Source: Tubulanus polymorphus
Lineage: Eukaryota > Animalia > Nemertea
Reading direction: 5' to 3'
DNA: 64,000 bases
NCBI RefSeq assembly: GCF_964204645.1
Contig: NC_134028.1
Span: 17,429,653 to 17,493,652, forward strand
The notes under the pieces are model-generated. The model searched no databases, had not been told where the DNA came from, and was given only the letters and a program-made list of their open reading frames with translations. Position 1 is the stretch's first letter. Each line of letters begins with the position of its first letter. Made by a program: the position numbers and the translations under genes. Positions 1 through 13,554 of this stretch are shown piece by piece.

Positions 1-374
1 GACAAGTCGCCATATCTATGTCGACATACCGCGATATATCGCGTCAAGTCGACATGAATATGTCGATATATCGTGACGTTTTGAAGACATATTTCGTTTT
101 CTCGACCATTTTCCTCGCGACAAGTCGACATATTCATGACGACTTGAAACTCAGTCGTCATATTACTAGCGTCATCATCTTACATTTAGACATGTCTTCA
201 AATGACGGCTTGTCCCGTGGAAAATGAGCAAAAAAGCGAAATTTGTTGTGAAAACGTCACGATATGTAGACATATTCATGTGGACTTGACGCGATATATC
301 GCGATATATCGACATAAATATGGCGACTTGTCGAGTTTGAACGCGACAACTGGAGGCCCTTTATCGCTTCCGTA
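1..374. mobile_element. Palindromic MITE, copy 1 (left end cut by window edge)
   Basis: Near-identical to 4121-4494. Ends GAGGCCCTTTATCGCTTCCGTA followed by CTATATC. Confidence 0.75.
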
Positions 375-461
375 CTATATCAGATTAATCGACTTCAAAA
401 TAGGCGAAACCATAAGTCTTTATTACGTTATTAATTGGCCTAATTATTCAAAAGCTAATAA

Positions 462-1412
462 AGTGGGCGACAAAACCAAAAAAATTGTCGCGGGCGATAA
501 AACCAAAATAATCATTTGTCGCTGGCAATAAAACCAAAATATTGAATTGTAACGGGCGAAAAAACCAAAATATTGAATTGTAACGGGCGAAAAAACCAAA
601 AAAATGAATTGTCGCTGGCGATAAAACCAAAATCTTGAATTGTCGCCGGCGACAAAACCAAAATATTGAATTGTCGCGGGCGACAAAACCAAACTAATGA
701 ATTGTCGCGGGCGATAAAACAAAAATAATGAATTGTCGCTGGCGATAAAACCAAAATATTGAAATGTCGCAGGCGATAAAGCCAAAATATTGAATTGTCG
801 CAGGCGATAAAGCCAAAATATCGAATTGCCGCGTGGGACAAAACCAAAAATATTGAATTGTCGCGGGCGACAAAACCAAACTAATGAATTGTCGCGGGCG
901 ATAAAACCAAAATAATGAATTGACGCGGGCGATAAAACCAATATAATGAATTGACGCTGGTGATAAAACCAAAATATTGAATTGTCGCAGGCGATAAAAC
1001 CAAAATATTGAAGTGTCGCAGGCGATAAAACCGCGACAAAAAAAAATTGTCGCGGGCGATAAAACCAAAATAATGAATTGTCGCGTGCGACAAAACCTAA
1101 ATAATGAATTGTCGCAGGCGATAAAACCAAAATAATGAATTGTCGCGGGCGATAAAACCAAAATAATGAATTGTCGCGGGCGATAAAACCAAAATAATGA
1201 ATTGTCACTGGTGATAAAACCAAAATATTGAATGTCGCAGGCGATAAAACCGCGACATAAGAAAATTGTCGCAGGCGATAAAACCAAAATAATGAATTGT
1301 CGCGTGCGACAAAACCAAAATAATGAACTGTTGCGGGCGATAAAACCAAAATAATGAATTGTCGCGGGCGATAAAACCAAAATAATGAATTGTCCCGGGC
1401 GACAAAACCAAA
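462..1412. repeat. 31-bp satellite array 1
   Basis: Tandem units of consensus GAATTGTCGCGGGCGATAAAACCAAAATAAT. The overlapping repetitive ORFs here are artefacts of the repeat. Confidence 0.97.
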
Positions 1413-1515
1413 ATTATTGTTTTGTTGCGTTATTTTAGTTTTGTCGTTTTGTCATTATGTCGCCCTCATTTGCATATACGTGTTTTTTTTACGCATGGCC
1501 CTTATCAGCCACCAT

Positions 1516-1858
1516 ACTAAAGCCTTAAGGCCGCGTAAAACTCGATAAACACTTCAAGCGACACAGCGAACGATCTCCTTTCCCCCACAGCGAACGCTTA
1601 ACCTAGTAGAGGCTACTAGCCTATGTAGGCCTAACATCCGGACAGATTGGTCGTAGGCCTATTGAATAACAACCCACCTAAATATCGTAAATTTTGTTTA
1701 AAGTTCAATCCAATGAGTCCGTTAATAAACGCAACAATTATACTGTGTTTGTTTGAGACAGTAAAGCTCAGTACCGGTAGGCCTAAAGCCGCGTCAAACT
1801 CGATAAACACTTCAAGCGACACAGCGAACGATCCCTTTCCCCCACAGCGAACGCTTAC
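1516..1858. repeat. Direct repeat pair of about 75 bp
   Basis: GCCGCGT(A/C)AAACTCGATAAACACTTCAAGCGACACAGCGAACGATC...CCCCCACAGCGAACGCTTA occurs at about 1531-1600 and 1788-1857. Confidence 0.85.
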
Positions 1859-2198
1859 TCCGAATGTCAAGTGTGAGACCAGCATACGGAAAGGATTGTG
1901 TTATATACTTGTATTTAGTAAATACCTTGTGCATTTGACAATGATCGGTATGTACTGTAGGAAATATAGAGTATTGACGGTATTGATATAGAGGTTGAAG
2001 CCCGCGGCCGAATAAAGTAATATATTCTTTTATTTTGATACCTCGTCGACATAACAGCTTTTCTCCGCTATATCTCTTCGGCGTGTTTAGTTTAGGCCTA
2101 CGATTCCCCGGTACACTAAAGATTTATCTTAGTAAATACACGGTTAATTCGGTAAAGAAAAATAGGTATTGTTAAACTAACTCCTTGAAACCCGCAGC

Positions 2199-2737
2199 CA
2201 AATCACTGGTAGTAATAAATTAATGTGTACTCGATTTGATTCTCATGATGAGGAGAAACTCGAAGCTGATCCCCGGAACGACGATGTAGTAACACACGTC
2301 GATTCGTCGATGTTTACGGCTCGACAGTGCTTTTAAAATCTAAAGTAGTAAATTTCCAGTGTATCGGTAATATGATCTGATGAGGAAAATGGGCTATTGT
2401 TAAAATCACTGTTTGAAGACCGGACTGAATTTGAAGTCTGCGGCAATAAATTAGTTCATTTATTTTTGAATTGATAATCGAAGTGACAGTCGGCCTGGGT
2501 GTTGATTTCGGGATGACGACTCGAAAAACATGTCGCCCCATTGAATGGGACTAAATTTTCGATGCTTACGGCCCGACAGCGCTTTTGTAACGATGATTCG
2601 TGAAAAAACACGCGGGCTATTTGTAGATCTCAGTGAGCTGAACGATATTATATGGATTGTATATGAAACAGCGGTAAGGTAACAAAGCCTATGTTCTTTT
2701 GGTAAAAATAGTGTGGAAGAAAATAATAATAATAAAT
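2199..2737. repeat. Segment duplicated at about 8405-8940
   Basis: AATCACTGGTAGTAATAAATT through GGAAGAAAATAATAATAA is repeated almost identically after the second satellite array. Confidence 0.92.
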
Positions 2738-2792
2738 ATAGCTGCAAAGCAGCGATAACGGGTTTTCTGCAGTCTTAGAATCCTGTTCAACG

Positions 2793-3025
2793 GTGGATTT
2801 CGACGAAGCATTTGATAATGCACAACATCAACCATTACTAAACAGGCTCCATGGAAACAGTAACCATGATAGGTCGCTCAAATGGCTCAGCAGTTATCTC
2901 TGAACGAAAACTTGTAGCTGAAATCAACGGAACACCTCATCTTGGAATAAGTCGATCTAACTAGTGGAGTCACGCATGGTAGTATCCTGAGTTGTCTTCT
3001 GTTTATTGTCCTGACAAATGGCATA
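2793..3025 (+). pseudogene. Degenerate non-LTR retrotransposon (CR1/L2-like) reverse transcriptase fragment
   Basis: Frameshifted translation VDFDEAFDN..SLKWLSSYL.ERKLVAEINGT..LTSGVTHGSILSCLLF resembles the DFSKAFD, WxxSYL and SGVPQGSILGPLLF motifs. Confidence 0.7.
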
Positions 3026-3074
3026 CACAGTAATCCAACATATACCTGACCGAGTAAATTTCCAAATCGACCTT

Positions 3075-3600
3075 AACGCGCTGTTCGACCAAAAAACTTA
3101 ATGTTCCAACAAGAAAATCTTGTTCGAATGAAAATAATTCTGTTTGATAGAACAATACGCTTTTTGCTTGAACCAAAAATTTTCTTCATTCTGACAAAAA
3201 ATGTGTTCGAATAAAAAGCTATGTTATTGTTGAAATGAAAAAAAATTTGGTTGAGCGAAAACAATTTTTTTCGAACGAATGTTTGAATGAAAACAATTCT
3301 GTTCGATTGAACAAAATACTTAATACTTTCGGTTCGGAGAAAAAACTTTTTTCAATATACTTGTTCGAACGAAAAACTTAATGTTCTGACAAGAAAATTC
3401 TGTTCAAATTAAAACGATTCTGTTCAATTGAATGATTGTTCGAACGAAAAACCTTTCGTTTGGACAAAAAAAGTTTGTTCAACTTTGTTCTAACGATTTT
3501 TTCAAATTGGTTCAATTGTATAGAATATTATTGGTTCGAACGTCATAAATTTTGTTCCGACGAAAGAATTTTCAAGCAAAGGTCTTTTGAACGAAAAAAA
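3075..3600. repeat. Degenerate AT-rich tandem repeat
   Basis: Recurring TGTTCGAACGAAAA-like units. Confidence 0.6.
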
Positions 3601-3825
3601 AGATATTTCTGGTGCTCCGCAGTAACTTAAAGCCAGACGTAGGTTGTTCTTGTGACACGATGCGATCCTCGCGTTGCATCGCAAGTTTCGATGCAAGTCG
3701 CTTGCAATACGATTGTGTGCAACTAGTTTCTGCCAGTCGCAAGAGCGCGTCAATTGGTTGTGACAGTCGTGTCACGTCGCAGAAAGTAGAACACCTACGA
3801 CTCCATGTGACTGGCGTTGCTGAAA

Positions 3826-3981
3826 GATGAGGACGCCAGTGATATGACGACTGAGTTTCAAGTCGTCAAAACGTCACGATATGTCGACATATTCATGTCG
3901 AATTGATGCGATATATCGACATGAATATGGCGACTTGTCGAGTTGGAACGCAACAACTCGAGGCCCTTTATCGCTTCCGTA
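3826..3981. mobile_element. Partial third copy of the TACGG-terminated MITE
   Basis: Reverse complement of the left half of 4078-4494, ending GGCCCTTTATCGCTTCCGTA. Confidence 0.75.
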
Positions 3982-4077
3982 GATCTTTCATTAAGTAGGA
4001 TCACTTGAATGATCGCTTTAATATCACTCTAAAAAAAAAGAATCTGCCAAAATGACCTTAATATTCGACACTATATC

Positions 4078-4494
4078 TACGGAAGCGATAAGGGGCCTCG
4101 GAGATGACGCGTTCCAACTCGACAAGTCGCCATATTATTGTCGACATACCGCGATGTATCGCGTCAAGTCGACATGAATATGTCGATATATCGTGACGTT
4201 TTGACGACATATTTCGTTTTCTTAACCATTTTCCTCGCGTCAAGTCGACATATTCATGACGACTTGAAACTCAGTCGTCATATTACTGGCGTCCTCATCT
4301 TACATTTAGACATGTCTTCAAATGACGGCTTGTCCCGTGGAAAATGAGCAAATAAGCGAAATTTGTCGTGAAAACGTTACGATATGTAGACATATTCATG
4401 TGGACTTGACACGATATATCGCGATATATCGAAATAAATATGGTGACTTGTCGAGTTTGAACATGAAAACTCGAGGCCCTTTATCGCTTCCGTA
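4078..4494. mobile_element. Complete 417-bp MITE with long imperfect TIRs and a 7-bp TSD
   Basis: TACGGAAGCGATAAGGGGCCTC ... GAGGCCCTTTATCGCTTCCGTA, flanked by CTATATC at 4071-4077 and 4495-4501. Confidence 0.85.
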
Positions 4495-4582
4495 CTATAT
4501 CAGATTAATCGACTTCAAAATAGGCGAAAGCATAAGTCTTTATAACGTTATTAATTGGCCTAATTATTCAAAAGCTAATAAT

Positions 4583-7500
4583 GTGGGCGACAAAACCAAA
4601 AAAATTAATTGTCGCGGGCGATAAAACCAAAATAATCAATAGTTGCGGGCGATAAAACCAAAATAATCAATTGTCGCTGGCGATAAAACCAAAATATTCA
4701 ATTGTCGCGGGCGACAAAACCAAAAAAATGAATTGTCGCGGGCGATAAAACCAAAATAATGAATTGTCGCGGGCGAAAAAACCAAAATATTCAATTGTCG
4801 CGGGCAACAAAACCAAACTAATGAATTGTTGCGGGCGATAAAACCAAAATAATAAATTGTCCCAGGCGATAAAACCAAAAAAATGAATTGTCGCGGGCGA
4901 TAAAACCAAAATCATGAATTGTCGCGGGCGACAAAACCAAAATATTCAATTGTCGCAGGCGACAAAACCAAACTAATGAATTGTCGCGGGCGATAAAGCC
5001 AAAATAATGAATTGTCGCGGGCGATTAAACCAAAATATTAAAGTGTGGCAGGCGATAATACCGCGACAAAAAGAGAAAAAAATTGTTGCGGGCGATAAAA
5101 CCAAAATATTGAATTGTCGTGGGCGACAAATCCAAAAAATGAATTGTCGCGGGCGATAAAACCAAAATCTTGAATTGTCGCCATTGTCACGTGTGACAAA
5201 ACCAAAATAATGAATTGTTGCGGGCGATAAAACCAAAATATTGAAGTGTCGCAGGCGATAAAACCGCGACAACAAGAGAAAAAAATTGTCGCGGGCGATA
5301 AAACCAAAATAATGAATTGTCGCGGGCGATAAAACCAAAATATTGAATTGTCATGGGCGACAAATCCAAAAAATGAATTGTCGCGGGCGATAAAACCAAA
5401 ATCTTGAATTGTCGCCATTGTCGTGTGTGACAAAACCAAAATAATGAATTGTCGCGGGCGATAAAACCAAAATAATGAATTGTCGCGGGCGATAAAACCA
5501 AAATAATGAATTGTTGTGGGCGACAAAATCAAAATATTGTTTTGTCGCGGGTGACAAAACCAAATTAATGAATTGTCGCGGGTGATAAAACCAAAATAAT
5601 GAATTGTCGCGGGCGATAAAACCAAAATAATGAATTGTCGCGGGCGATAAAACCAAAATATTGAATTGTCGTGGGCGACAAATCCAAAAAATGAATTGTT
5701 GCGGCAGAAAAACCAAAATCTTGAATTGTCACGGGCGAAAAAACCAAACTAATGAATTGTTGCGGGCGATAAAACCAAAATAATAAATTGTCGCAGGCGA
5801 TAAAACCAAAAAATGAATTGTCGCGGGCGATAAAACCAAAATCATGAATTGTCACGGGCGACAAAACCAAAATATTCAATTTTCGCAGGCGATAAAGCCA
5901 AAATAATGAATTGTCGCGGGCGATAAAACCAAAACATTGAATTGTCGTGGGCGACAAATCCAAAAAATAAATTGTCGCGGGCGATAAAACCAAAATAATG
6001 AATTGTCGCGGGCGATAAAACCAAAATAATGAATTGTTGCGGGCGATAAAACCAAAATATTGAAGTGTCGCAGGCGATAAAACCGCGACAAAAAGAGAAA
6101 AAAATTGTCGCGGGCGATAAAACCAAAATAATGAATTGTCGCGGACGATAAACCCAAAATATTGAATTGTCGTGGGCGATAAATCCAAAAAATGAATCGT
6201 CGCGGGCGATAAAACCAAAATCTTGAATTGACGCCATTGTCGTGTGCGACAAAACCAAAATAATGAATTGTCGCGGGCGATAAAACCAAAATAATGAATT
6301 GTCGCGGGCGATAAAACCAAAATATTGAATTGTCGTGGGCAACAAATCCAAAAAATGAGTTGATAAAATAATGAATTGTCGCAGGCCATAAAACCAAAAT
6401 ATTGAATTGTCGTGGGCGACAAATCCAAAAAATGAATTGTCGCGGGCGATAAAACCAAATTAATGAATTGTCGCGGGCGATAAAACCAAAATAATGAATT
6501 GTTAAGGGCGATAAAACCAAAATATTGAGTAGTCGTGGGCGACAAATCCAAAAAATGAATTGTCGCGGGCGATAAAACCAAAATCTTGAATTGTCGCCAT
6601 TGTCGTGTGCGACAAAACCAAAATAATGAATTGTCGCGGGCGATAAAACCAAAATAATGAATTGTCGCGGGCGATAAAACCAAAATATTGAATTGTCGTG
6701 GGCGACAAAATCAAAATATTGTTTTGTCGCGGGTGACAAAACCAAATTAATGAATTGTCGAGGGCGATAAAACCAAAATAATGAATTGTCGCGGGCGATA
6801 AAACCGAAATAATGAATTGTCGCGGGCGATAAAACCAAAATATTGAATTGTCGCAGGCGACAAATCCAAAAAATGAATTGTCGCGGCAGAAAAACAAAAA
6901 TCTTGAATTGTCGCGGGCGAAAAAACCAAACTAATGAATTGTTGCGGGCGAAAAAACCAAAATAATGAAATGCGCGGGCGATAAATCCGCGACAAAAAAA
7001 AAATTGTCGCGGGCAATAAAACCAAAATAATGAATTGTCGCGGGCGATAAAACCAAAATATTGAATTGGCATGAGCGACAAAACCAAAATAATGAATTGT
7101 CGCTGGAGATAAAACCAAAGTAATGAATTGTCGTGGGCGATAAAACCAAAATATTGAATTTTCGCGGGCGACAAAACCAAACTAATGAATTGTCGCAGGC
7201 GACAAAACCAAAAAAAGAATTGTGGGGGCAACAAAACCAAAATAATGAATTGTCGCGGGCGACAAAACCAAAATGGTGAATTGTCCAGGCGACAAAACCA
7301 AAATGGTGAATTGTCGTGGGCGACAAAACAAAAATAATGAATTGTCACGGGCGATAAAACCAAAATGATGAATTGTCTCGGGCGACAAAACCAAAATAAT
7401 GAATTATCGCGGGCGATAAAACCAAAATATTGAATTTTCGCGGGCGACAAAACCAAAATAATGAATTATGGGGGCGACAAAACCAAAATAATTTCCTCAG

Positions 7501-8396
7501 GCGACAAAACCAAAATAATGAATTGTCGCGGGCGACAAAACCAAAAAGAAGAATTGTGGGGGCGACAAAACCAAAATAATGAATCGTCGCGGGCGACAAA
7601 ACCAAAATGGTGAATTGTCCAGGCGACAAAACCAAAATGGTGAATTGTCGCGGGGGACAAAACTAAAATAATGAATTGTCGTGGGCGATAAAACCAAAAT
7701 GATGAATTGTCTCGGGTGACAAAACCAAAATAATGAATTGTCGCGGGCGATAAAACCAAAATAATGAATCGTCGCGGGCGATAAAACCAAAATAATGAAT
7801 TGTTGCTGGAGATAAAACTAAAGTAATGAATTGTCGCGGGCGATAAAACCAAAATATTGAATTGTCGCGGGCGACAAAACCAAAATATTGAATTGTCGGG
7901 GCGACAAAACCAAACTAATGAATTGTCGCGGGCGACAAAACCAAACTAATGAATTGTCGCGGGCGACAAAACCAAAAAAAGAATTGTCGGGGCGACAAAA
8001 CCAAAATAATGAATTGTTGCGGGCGATAAAACTAAAATAATGAATTGTCGCGGGCGATAAAACCAAAATAATGAATTGTCGTGGGTGACAAAACCAAAAT
8101 GGTGAATTGTCGCGGGCGACAAAACCAAAATAATTAATTGTCACGGGCGATAAAACCAAAATATTGAATTGTCGCGGGCGACAAAACCATTAAAAAAAAT
8201 TGTCGCGGGCGACAAAAACAAAATACAAAACCAAAATAATGAATTGTCGCGGGCGACAAAGCCAAAATAATGAATTGTCGTTGGCGATAAAACCGTAATA
8301 ATGAATTGTCGCGGGCGATAAAACCAAAATAATGAATTTTTTCAGGCGACAAAACCAAAATAATGAATTATCGCGGGCGATTAAACCAAAATATTG
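4583..8396. repeat. 31-bp satellite array 2 (about 3.8 kb)
   Basis: Same unit as array 1. Recurring variant units (for example GTCGCCATTGTCG and CCGCGACAAAAAGAG) suggest higher-order blocks. Confidence 0.97.
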
Positions 8397-8941
8397 GTAG
8401 TAACCAATCACTGGTAGTAATAAATTAATTTGTACTCGATTTGATTCTCATGATGAGGAGAAACTCGAAGCTGATCCCCGGAACGACGATGTAGTAACAC
8501 ACGTCGATTCGTCGATGTTTACGGCTCGACAGTGCTTTTAAAATCTAAAGTAGTAAATTTCCAGTGTATCGGTAATATGATTTGATGAGGAAAATGGGCT
8601 ATTGTTAAAATCACTGTTTGAAGACCGCGACTGAATTTGAAGTCTGCGGCAATAAATTAGTTCATTTATACTTGAATTGATAATCGAAGTGACCGTCGGC
8701 CTGCGGGTTGATTTCGGGATGACGACTCGAAAAACATGTCGCCCCATTGAATGGGGCTAAATTTTCGATGTTTACGGCCCGACAGCGCTTTTGTAACGAT
8801 GATTCGTGAGAAAACACGCGGGCTATTTGTAGATCTCAGTGAGCTGAACGATATTATATGGATTGTATATGAAACAGCGGTAAGGTAACAAAGCCTATGT
8901 TCTTTTGGTAAAAATAGTGTGGAAGAAAATAATAATAATAA

Positions 8942-9258
8942 TAATCACGCGGATATCAATAGGGTTTTCTGTGAAATAACAGAAAACCCTCATAATCACG
9001 CGGATATCAATAGGGTTTTCTGTGAAATAACAGAAAACCCTAATATAATCACGCGGATATCAATAGGGTTTTCTGTGAAATAACAGAAAACCCTAATAAT
9101 CACGCGGATATCAATAGGGTTTTCTGTGAAATAACAGAAAACCCTAATAATAATCACGCGGATATCAATAGGGTTTTCTGTGAAATAACAGAAAACCCTA
9201 ATAATAAGAAACACGCGAATCTCAATAGGGTTTTCTGTGATGTAACAGAAAACCCTAA
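8942..9258. repeat. Six tandem hairpin units of about 51-54 bp (last one variant)
   Basis: Unit AATCACGCGGATATCAATAGGGTTTTCTGTGAAATAACAGAAAACCCT(AAT)n, with stem TAGGGTTTTCTG/CAGAAAACCCTA. Confidence 0.93.
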
Positions 9259-9259
9259 A

Positions 9260-9861
9260 TATTTTTCAACAAAATCGGATAATAAGGAGCAGTTGTTGAA
9301 CGATTTAATAGAACATTAAGAACAAGAATGTGGAAATATTTTACAGCAAATAGTACTTTTAAATGGATTGATGTTTTACCAAAATTGATAGAAGGATATA
9401 ATAATTCTTATCATTCTTCTATTGGAATGAAACCTATTGATGCTAGAAAACCTGAAAATGCTGAAATTGTTTGGAATAATTTATATGGAGCATTTCTTGT
9501 AGATGATTTTGGTGAACCTAAATTTAAAGTTGGTCAAAATGTTAGAATTTCTAAGTATAAAAAGATATTTGACAAAGGATACGATCGAAATTTTACTAGG
9601 GAAATATATAAAATAAAAAAGGTAATAACAACAAAACCATATGTCTATAAATTAGAAGATTTAGATGGTGAAGAAGTTGATGGGTATTTTTATGAAGAAG
9701 AATTGAGTTTAACTACTGAAATCTAGAACAAGAATATAAAATTGAAAAAGTATTAAAAACAAAACCTGTTAAAAGAAAAAAATATTCTTTAGTAAAATGG
9801 GTTGGATGGCCAGATAAATTCAATGAATGGATATTATCAAGTAAAATTAAAAATATAAATG
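9260..9861 (+). pseudogene. Polinton/Maverick retroviral-type integrase, C-terminal part with chromodomain
   Basis: AVVERFNRTLRTRMWKYFT..YNNSYHSSIGMKP..KFKVGQNVRISK..GYFYEEEL. After a frameshift: EYKIEKVLK..LVKWVGWPDKFNEWI (chromodomain). Confidence 0.9.
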
Positions 9862-12800
9862 CAGACCCTCCAACCTTTGAAAATCATTTTCAGGAATAAA
9901 AGTATGATTTTCGGGAAAATGGACCGGTTTTCAGGAATCACAAATAAATAAAAGACATAAAAAGATACATGTTTTTAACAAGAAAATAAGACGTTTTTAT
10001 TCTTTGTCAAGATTATCGTTTTGCCTTAAAACAATATATAATTAACTCAAACTAAAATGTTTAAAAAAGAATTAAAATTAAAAGAATAAACTATATATAC
10101 ATATACTTCAACAAGCACAGTATGGTTAATACCAAGTGCCCAAGCTAAGTAAAATCAAAAGTAGCCTGTGAACTCTTTAATCTTAAGAAATTCATAACAA
10201 AAATAAGCAAGTTGTTACTTTTTTGTCAGTTGTCACACTTGATAGTAATGGTTGAGTAATATAGCAAATTAAGTGGCTTTCTTTTTCTCATACGAACATG
10301 ACCTGGCTTTCTTAATCATTTTTCCATCGAACTCTCTTTCGTAACAGTGGCCATCCATGTTTACCTTTACTTGTAAGATAGACTGCAAAGTTGAAACATT
10401 CATTGACTTTCATTGTCTACTTTATTTTTACGAACCATGCCGAATAATCTTTCTGATTCAGCATTTGAATGTGGAATTGTTAGGATGGACTTCATGACTG
10501 TGGGCAGAAATTTAAAAACAGGTTGATCATGATGTATTGATTTTATCAACCCTATCTCTTGCCATTGCTCATCAACTCTGTCAATAGACAGTAATTTCTC
10601 ATTAAATGCATGTGACTGATATTCCATGAATTCAGTCTGAATAGCATCCTTTATAAAGGCAGCATTTCCTATGGATTCGTTGACTGGTACAATAGAAGGG
10701 AACCGATAAAGAAAATAAAGTAGACTCGACACATGTGCAGTTTCACGCTTTGACACATCAGCAACTGTTGCGTGACCCAACAGTTTATCATTCAGTGGGA
10801 AATTCTTCTTTATGTAGTCACAAGCATTGATATAATATTGGCGAACATTACTATAGAACTTTTTTTTGTCATCATCACTCAGTCCTTTTGACTGTGACAT
10901 GTACTCCAATGCACTACTACCAATCATTATGTCTTTGTCGGGTAGAATATTATAACTAAGAGCATACTTGACATCGAGTTCAGAGCACGATGACATGGCA
11001 CTTGGTTTCATAAACCGGATAAGTAACTTCCGCAATAGACCCATGAGGGTTGGCTTCAACTGATGTACCATCGGCTTTTCGGACTGCAGCAAGACATTAG
11101 CCTGATTAAAAACTGGAAGCACACTTTGAAGGAAATAGCAGACCAATCGGGTTAATGATGAATTCAGTTTTTTTTTAGCCCGTACTTTCCGATCACTGAA
11201 AATAGAAGTATCAAATTTCCGTCAGAAACGTTAGGTCAATCAGGGAAGGATGTTTCTAAAGTAAGTTTGAAAAAAACTGAATGCAAACCATGCAAGAGTC
11301 TTCAATTATTATTACAAGACACAAGAAAAGACTCTTGCCTAGTTTGCATTAAGTTTTTTTTAAAACCTATTTCATTCATCACATCCATCTTTTTATGTAA
11401 AATGTGGATTTCTACCTAGAGTCTAACATGATCGAATTACCTTGATGATGCATCTGGGTGGTCCTTGCATTCTTCTACAAAAAATTTACGCAATGGTATC
11501 CATTGCTCAAGCAGACGTGTGAGAGCTTTCCCCAAAGAAAGCCAGCGTGTTGCCCATGTTTTATTATCTTCATTTCTTCTTTGCCACAAATCTTTTCTTT
11601 TGGTGCTCTTATCAAGATAATAGAAAATTTCAACAAGCAGTTCCTCGATACTGAGAAGACTAAATGCCTTTGCTCCCTTTTCAGCAGCCAGATGTATCAG
11701 GTGACAAGGACACCCTGATAAATAAACGTTTTCATTTTGCTTTCGTATATAAGCAATTACGCCTTTCTTGCTTCCAGTCATTACATTACAATTGTCTGAA
11801 CAAAAAGCTAAACAGTTCTTCCATTCGAGATCAAATTTCTGTAGTTCTTTGTCCAACATTTGTAGATATTTTCTCCAGAACTCAGGTCGTTTATACACGG
11901 AATAGATATCAAAACACTACGTACCAAGGCGTTCGGATTCACAAACCGTAAAATAACTGGATATAATTTATCATCCCCCTCATCACTACCATCACAGGCG
12001 AGGGTAAATGTTTGCGCCACTTTCAAAGCATCGATTGCCTTTGTCACAGAGTCCTTAGCCATAGCTTCGATAACATTATGTCCTTTCGTGTGCCCACAGC
12101 TAAATTTTTTAGCTATCTTTGAGTCTGGAAACATTTTTTTCATTAAATGGTTTACGTGGTCCATGATCGAAAATGGCAGATTATGTTCAATCAAAAAAGA
12201 TAAAAACAGAAGTTCCGCATTTACAATGCGAGTTAGATCACTATCATTCGTATCCACAGCGCTGAATCCTGTCGCGAATAAATTTTGGTTAGAGGATAAT
12301 ATTCGTTTGTAGTCCTTATGCTTTTCTGACTGACAATGACGGCGACAGTCATCTCTTCCTCCATGCTTGATAGAAAAATCGGTTTTGCACACTTTGCAAT
12401 ATGCAAAGTGCTTATCTTTCTTCTTCGAATGCGTCACATCAGGGAAGAGAACACTATATTCCACCAAGTATTTTTGATAAGCCCTTGATGTTGTCTTTGC
12501 TTTTTTCTTCGGGATTTCCACATCAGAATCACTGCTCTCCCCGTTATCCATTTCCTGAAAATATATGAGTAACAATAGCTTGTAAATTGTAGGATCCCGA
12601 TGAAAGGAACATTGTATCGAAGGCTTAGGCAAGCTATAAATATTCTTTTTTCAAACTATTACGTGACATCTCAAATTTAATTCAGTAGGGAATGATTAGT
12701 GAAAATCACACGATTGAACCTATTATTCTACCCATACACGTTGAATGAAGTACTTAATAAAATTGACGATATAATAAAATTTCATTTAATTGGATTGGTT

Positions 12801-13551
12801 TAAATCTAGTGACAGGAGAACGTTCAAAATTTCGTCGATAAAATCGGCGGAATATATCGTAATGTAGCATGATCAACTTACTCTCTGATTAATTAATAAA
12901 CAAGGCACATTGCTTACTTACGATTAAAAATGCAGATCCTTGACCAAGAAGTTAGAGCCGCTACGAGTGAAACGCAAATGAAATGGCGCGGTAGGTCCGG
13001 CGCCGTACACAACACATAAAGTGGACGCACTGAGGATCGCGTGAAACCGATATCGAGTAAGCCCATTGCAAATCGATTGATTTTCAAAATTTTTCAAGTA
13101 TCGTCACTAATAGTTAAATGCGATAATTTTACGCTATTTTCATTTAAATACGCAATCTCCGCGAAGTAGTCGCAAAGGACGAGAGAATTAAAAAACGCCG
13201 TAGCGAGCGTGTTTGATTCAGGTAAATATAGATTACTTGGTACTGGGGTTTTTCCCATCAGACTCGCGCCGTTAGATAGGAAAAATCAATACGATGCTAG
13301 TGCTGTATGTATATAATATGCATTTCACATACTTTGACGCTGATTTCAGATAGACAATCAATTTTCTTTATGTACGGCAGGGATACTATAAATGAGCGCT
13401 TTTACGGCTCAGGACGCTTTTTACGGTCCAGTATCGCCTGTCGATCTTCACTCACGAAATTTCCGGAATTTTTCCACCGGCAAACGGAATGCGGATATTG
13501 GTTCGAAAATACGTAACGATTCCGGATAAATCGGAAGGGTTGGAGGGTCTG
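9862..13551 (-). mobile_element. hAT-superfamily DNA transposon, both ends present
   Basis: 14-bp TIRs CAGACCCTCCAACC / GGTTGGAGGGTCTG, flanked by TAAATG at 9856-9861 and 13552-13557. Confidence 0.92.
10269..12551 (-). pseudogene. hAT transposase (intron about 11440-11198; several frameshifts)
   Basis: Zn finger CKVC..H..SEKH; LACDGSD; FCSDNCNVM; CPCHLIHL; TRWLSL; C-terminal dimerisation motif IPHSNAESERLF. Confidence 0.9.
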
Positions 13552-13554
13552 TAA

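Noticed and set aside
444-8411. Dozens of long overlapping minus-strand ORFs (up to 526 aa)
   Set aside because: They are translations of the 31-bp satellite, which has few stops on that strand; the same peptides recur in all three frames.
8942-9258. CRISPR-like array of palindromic repeats
   Set aside because: There are no unique spacers, only variable (AAT)n. No cas genes are present and the context is eukaryotic.
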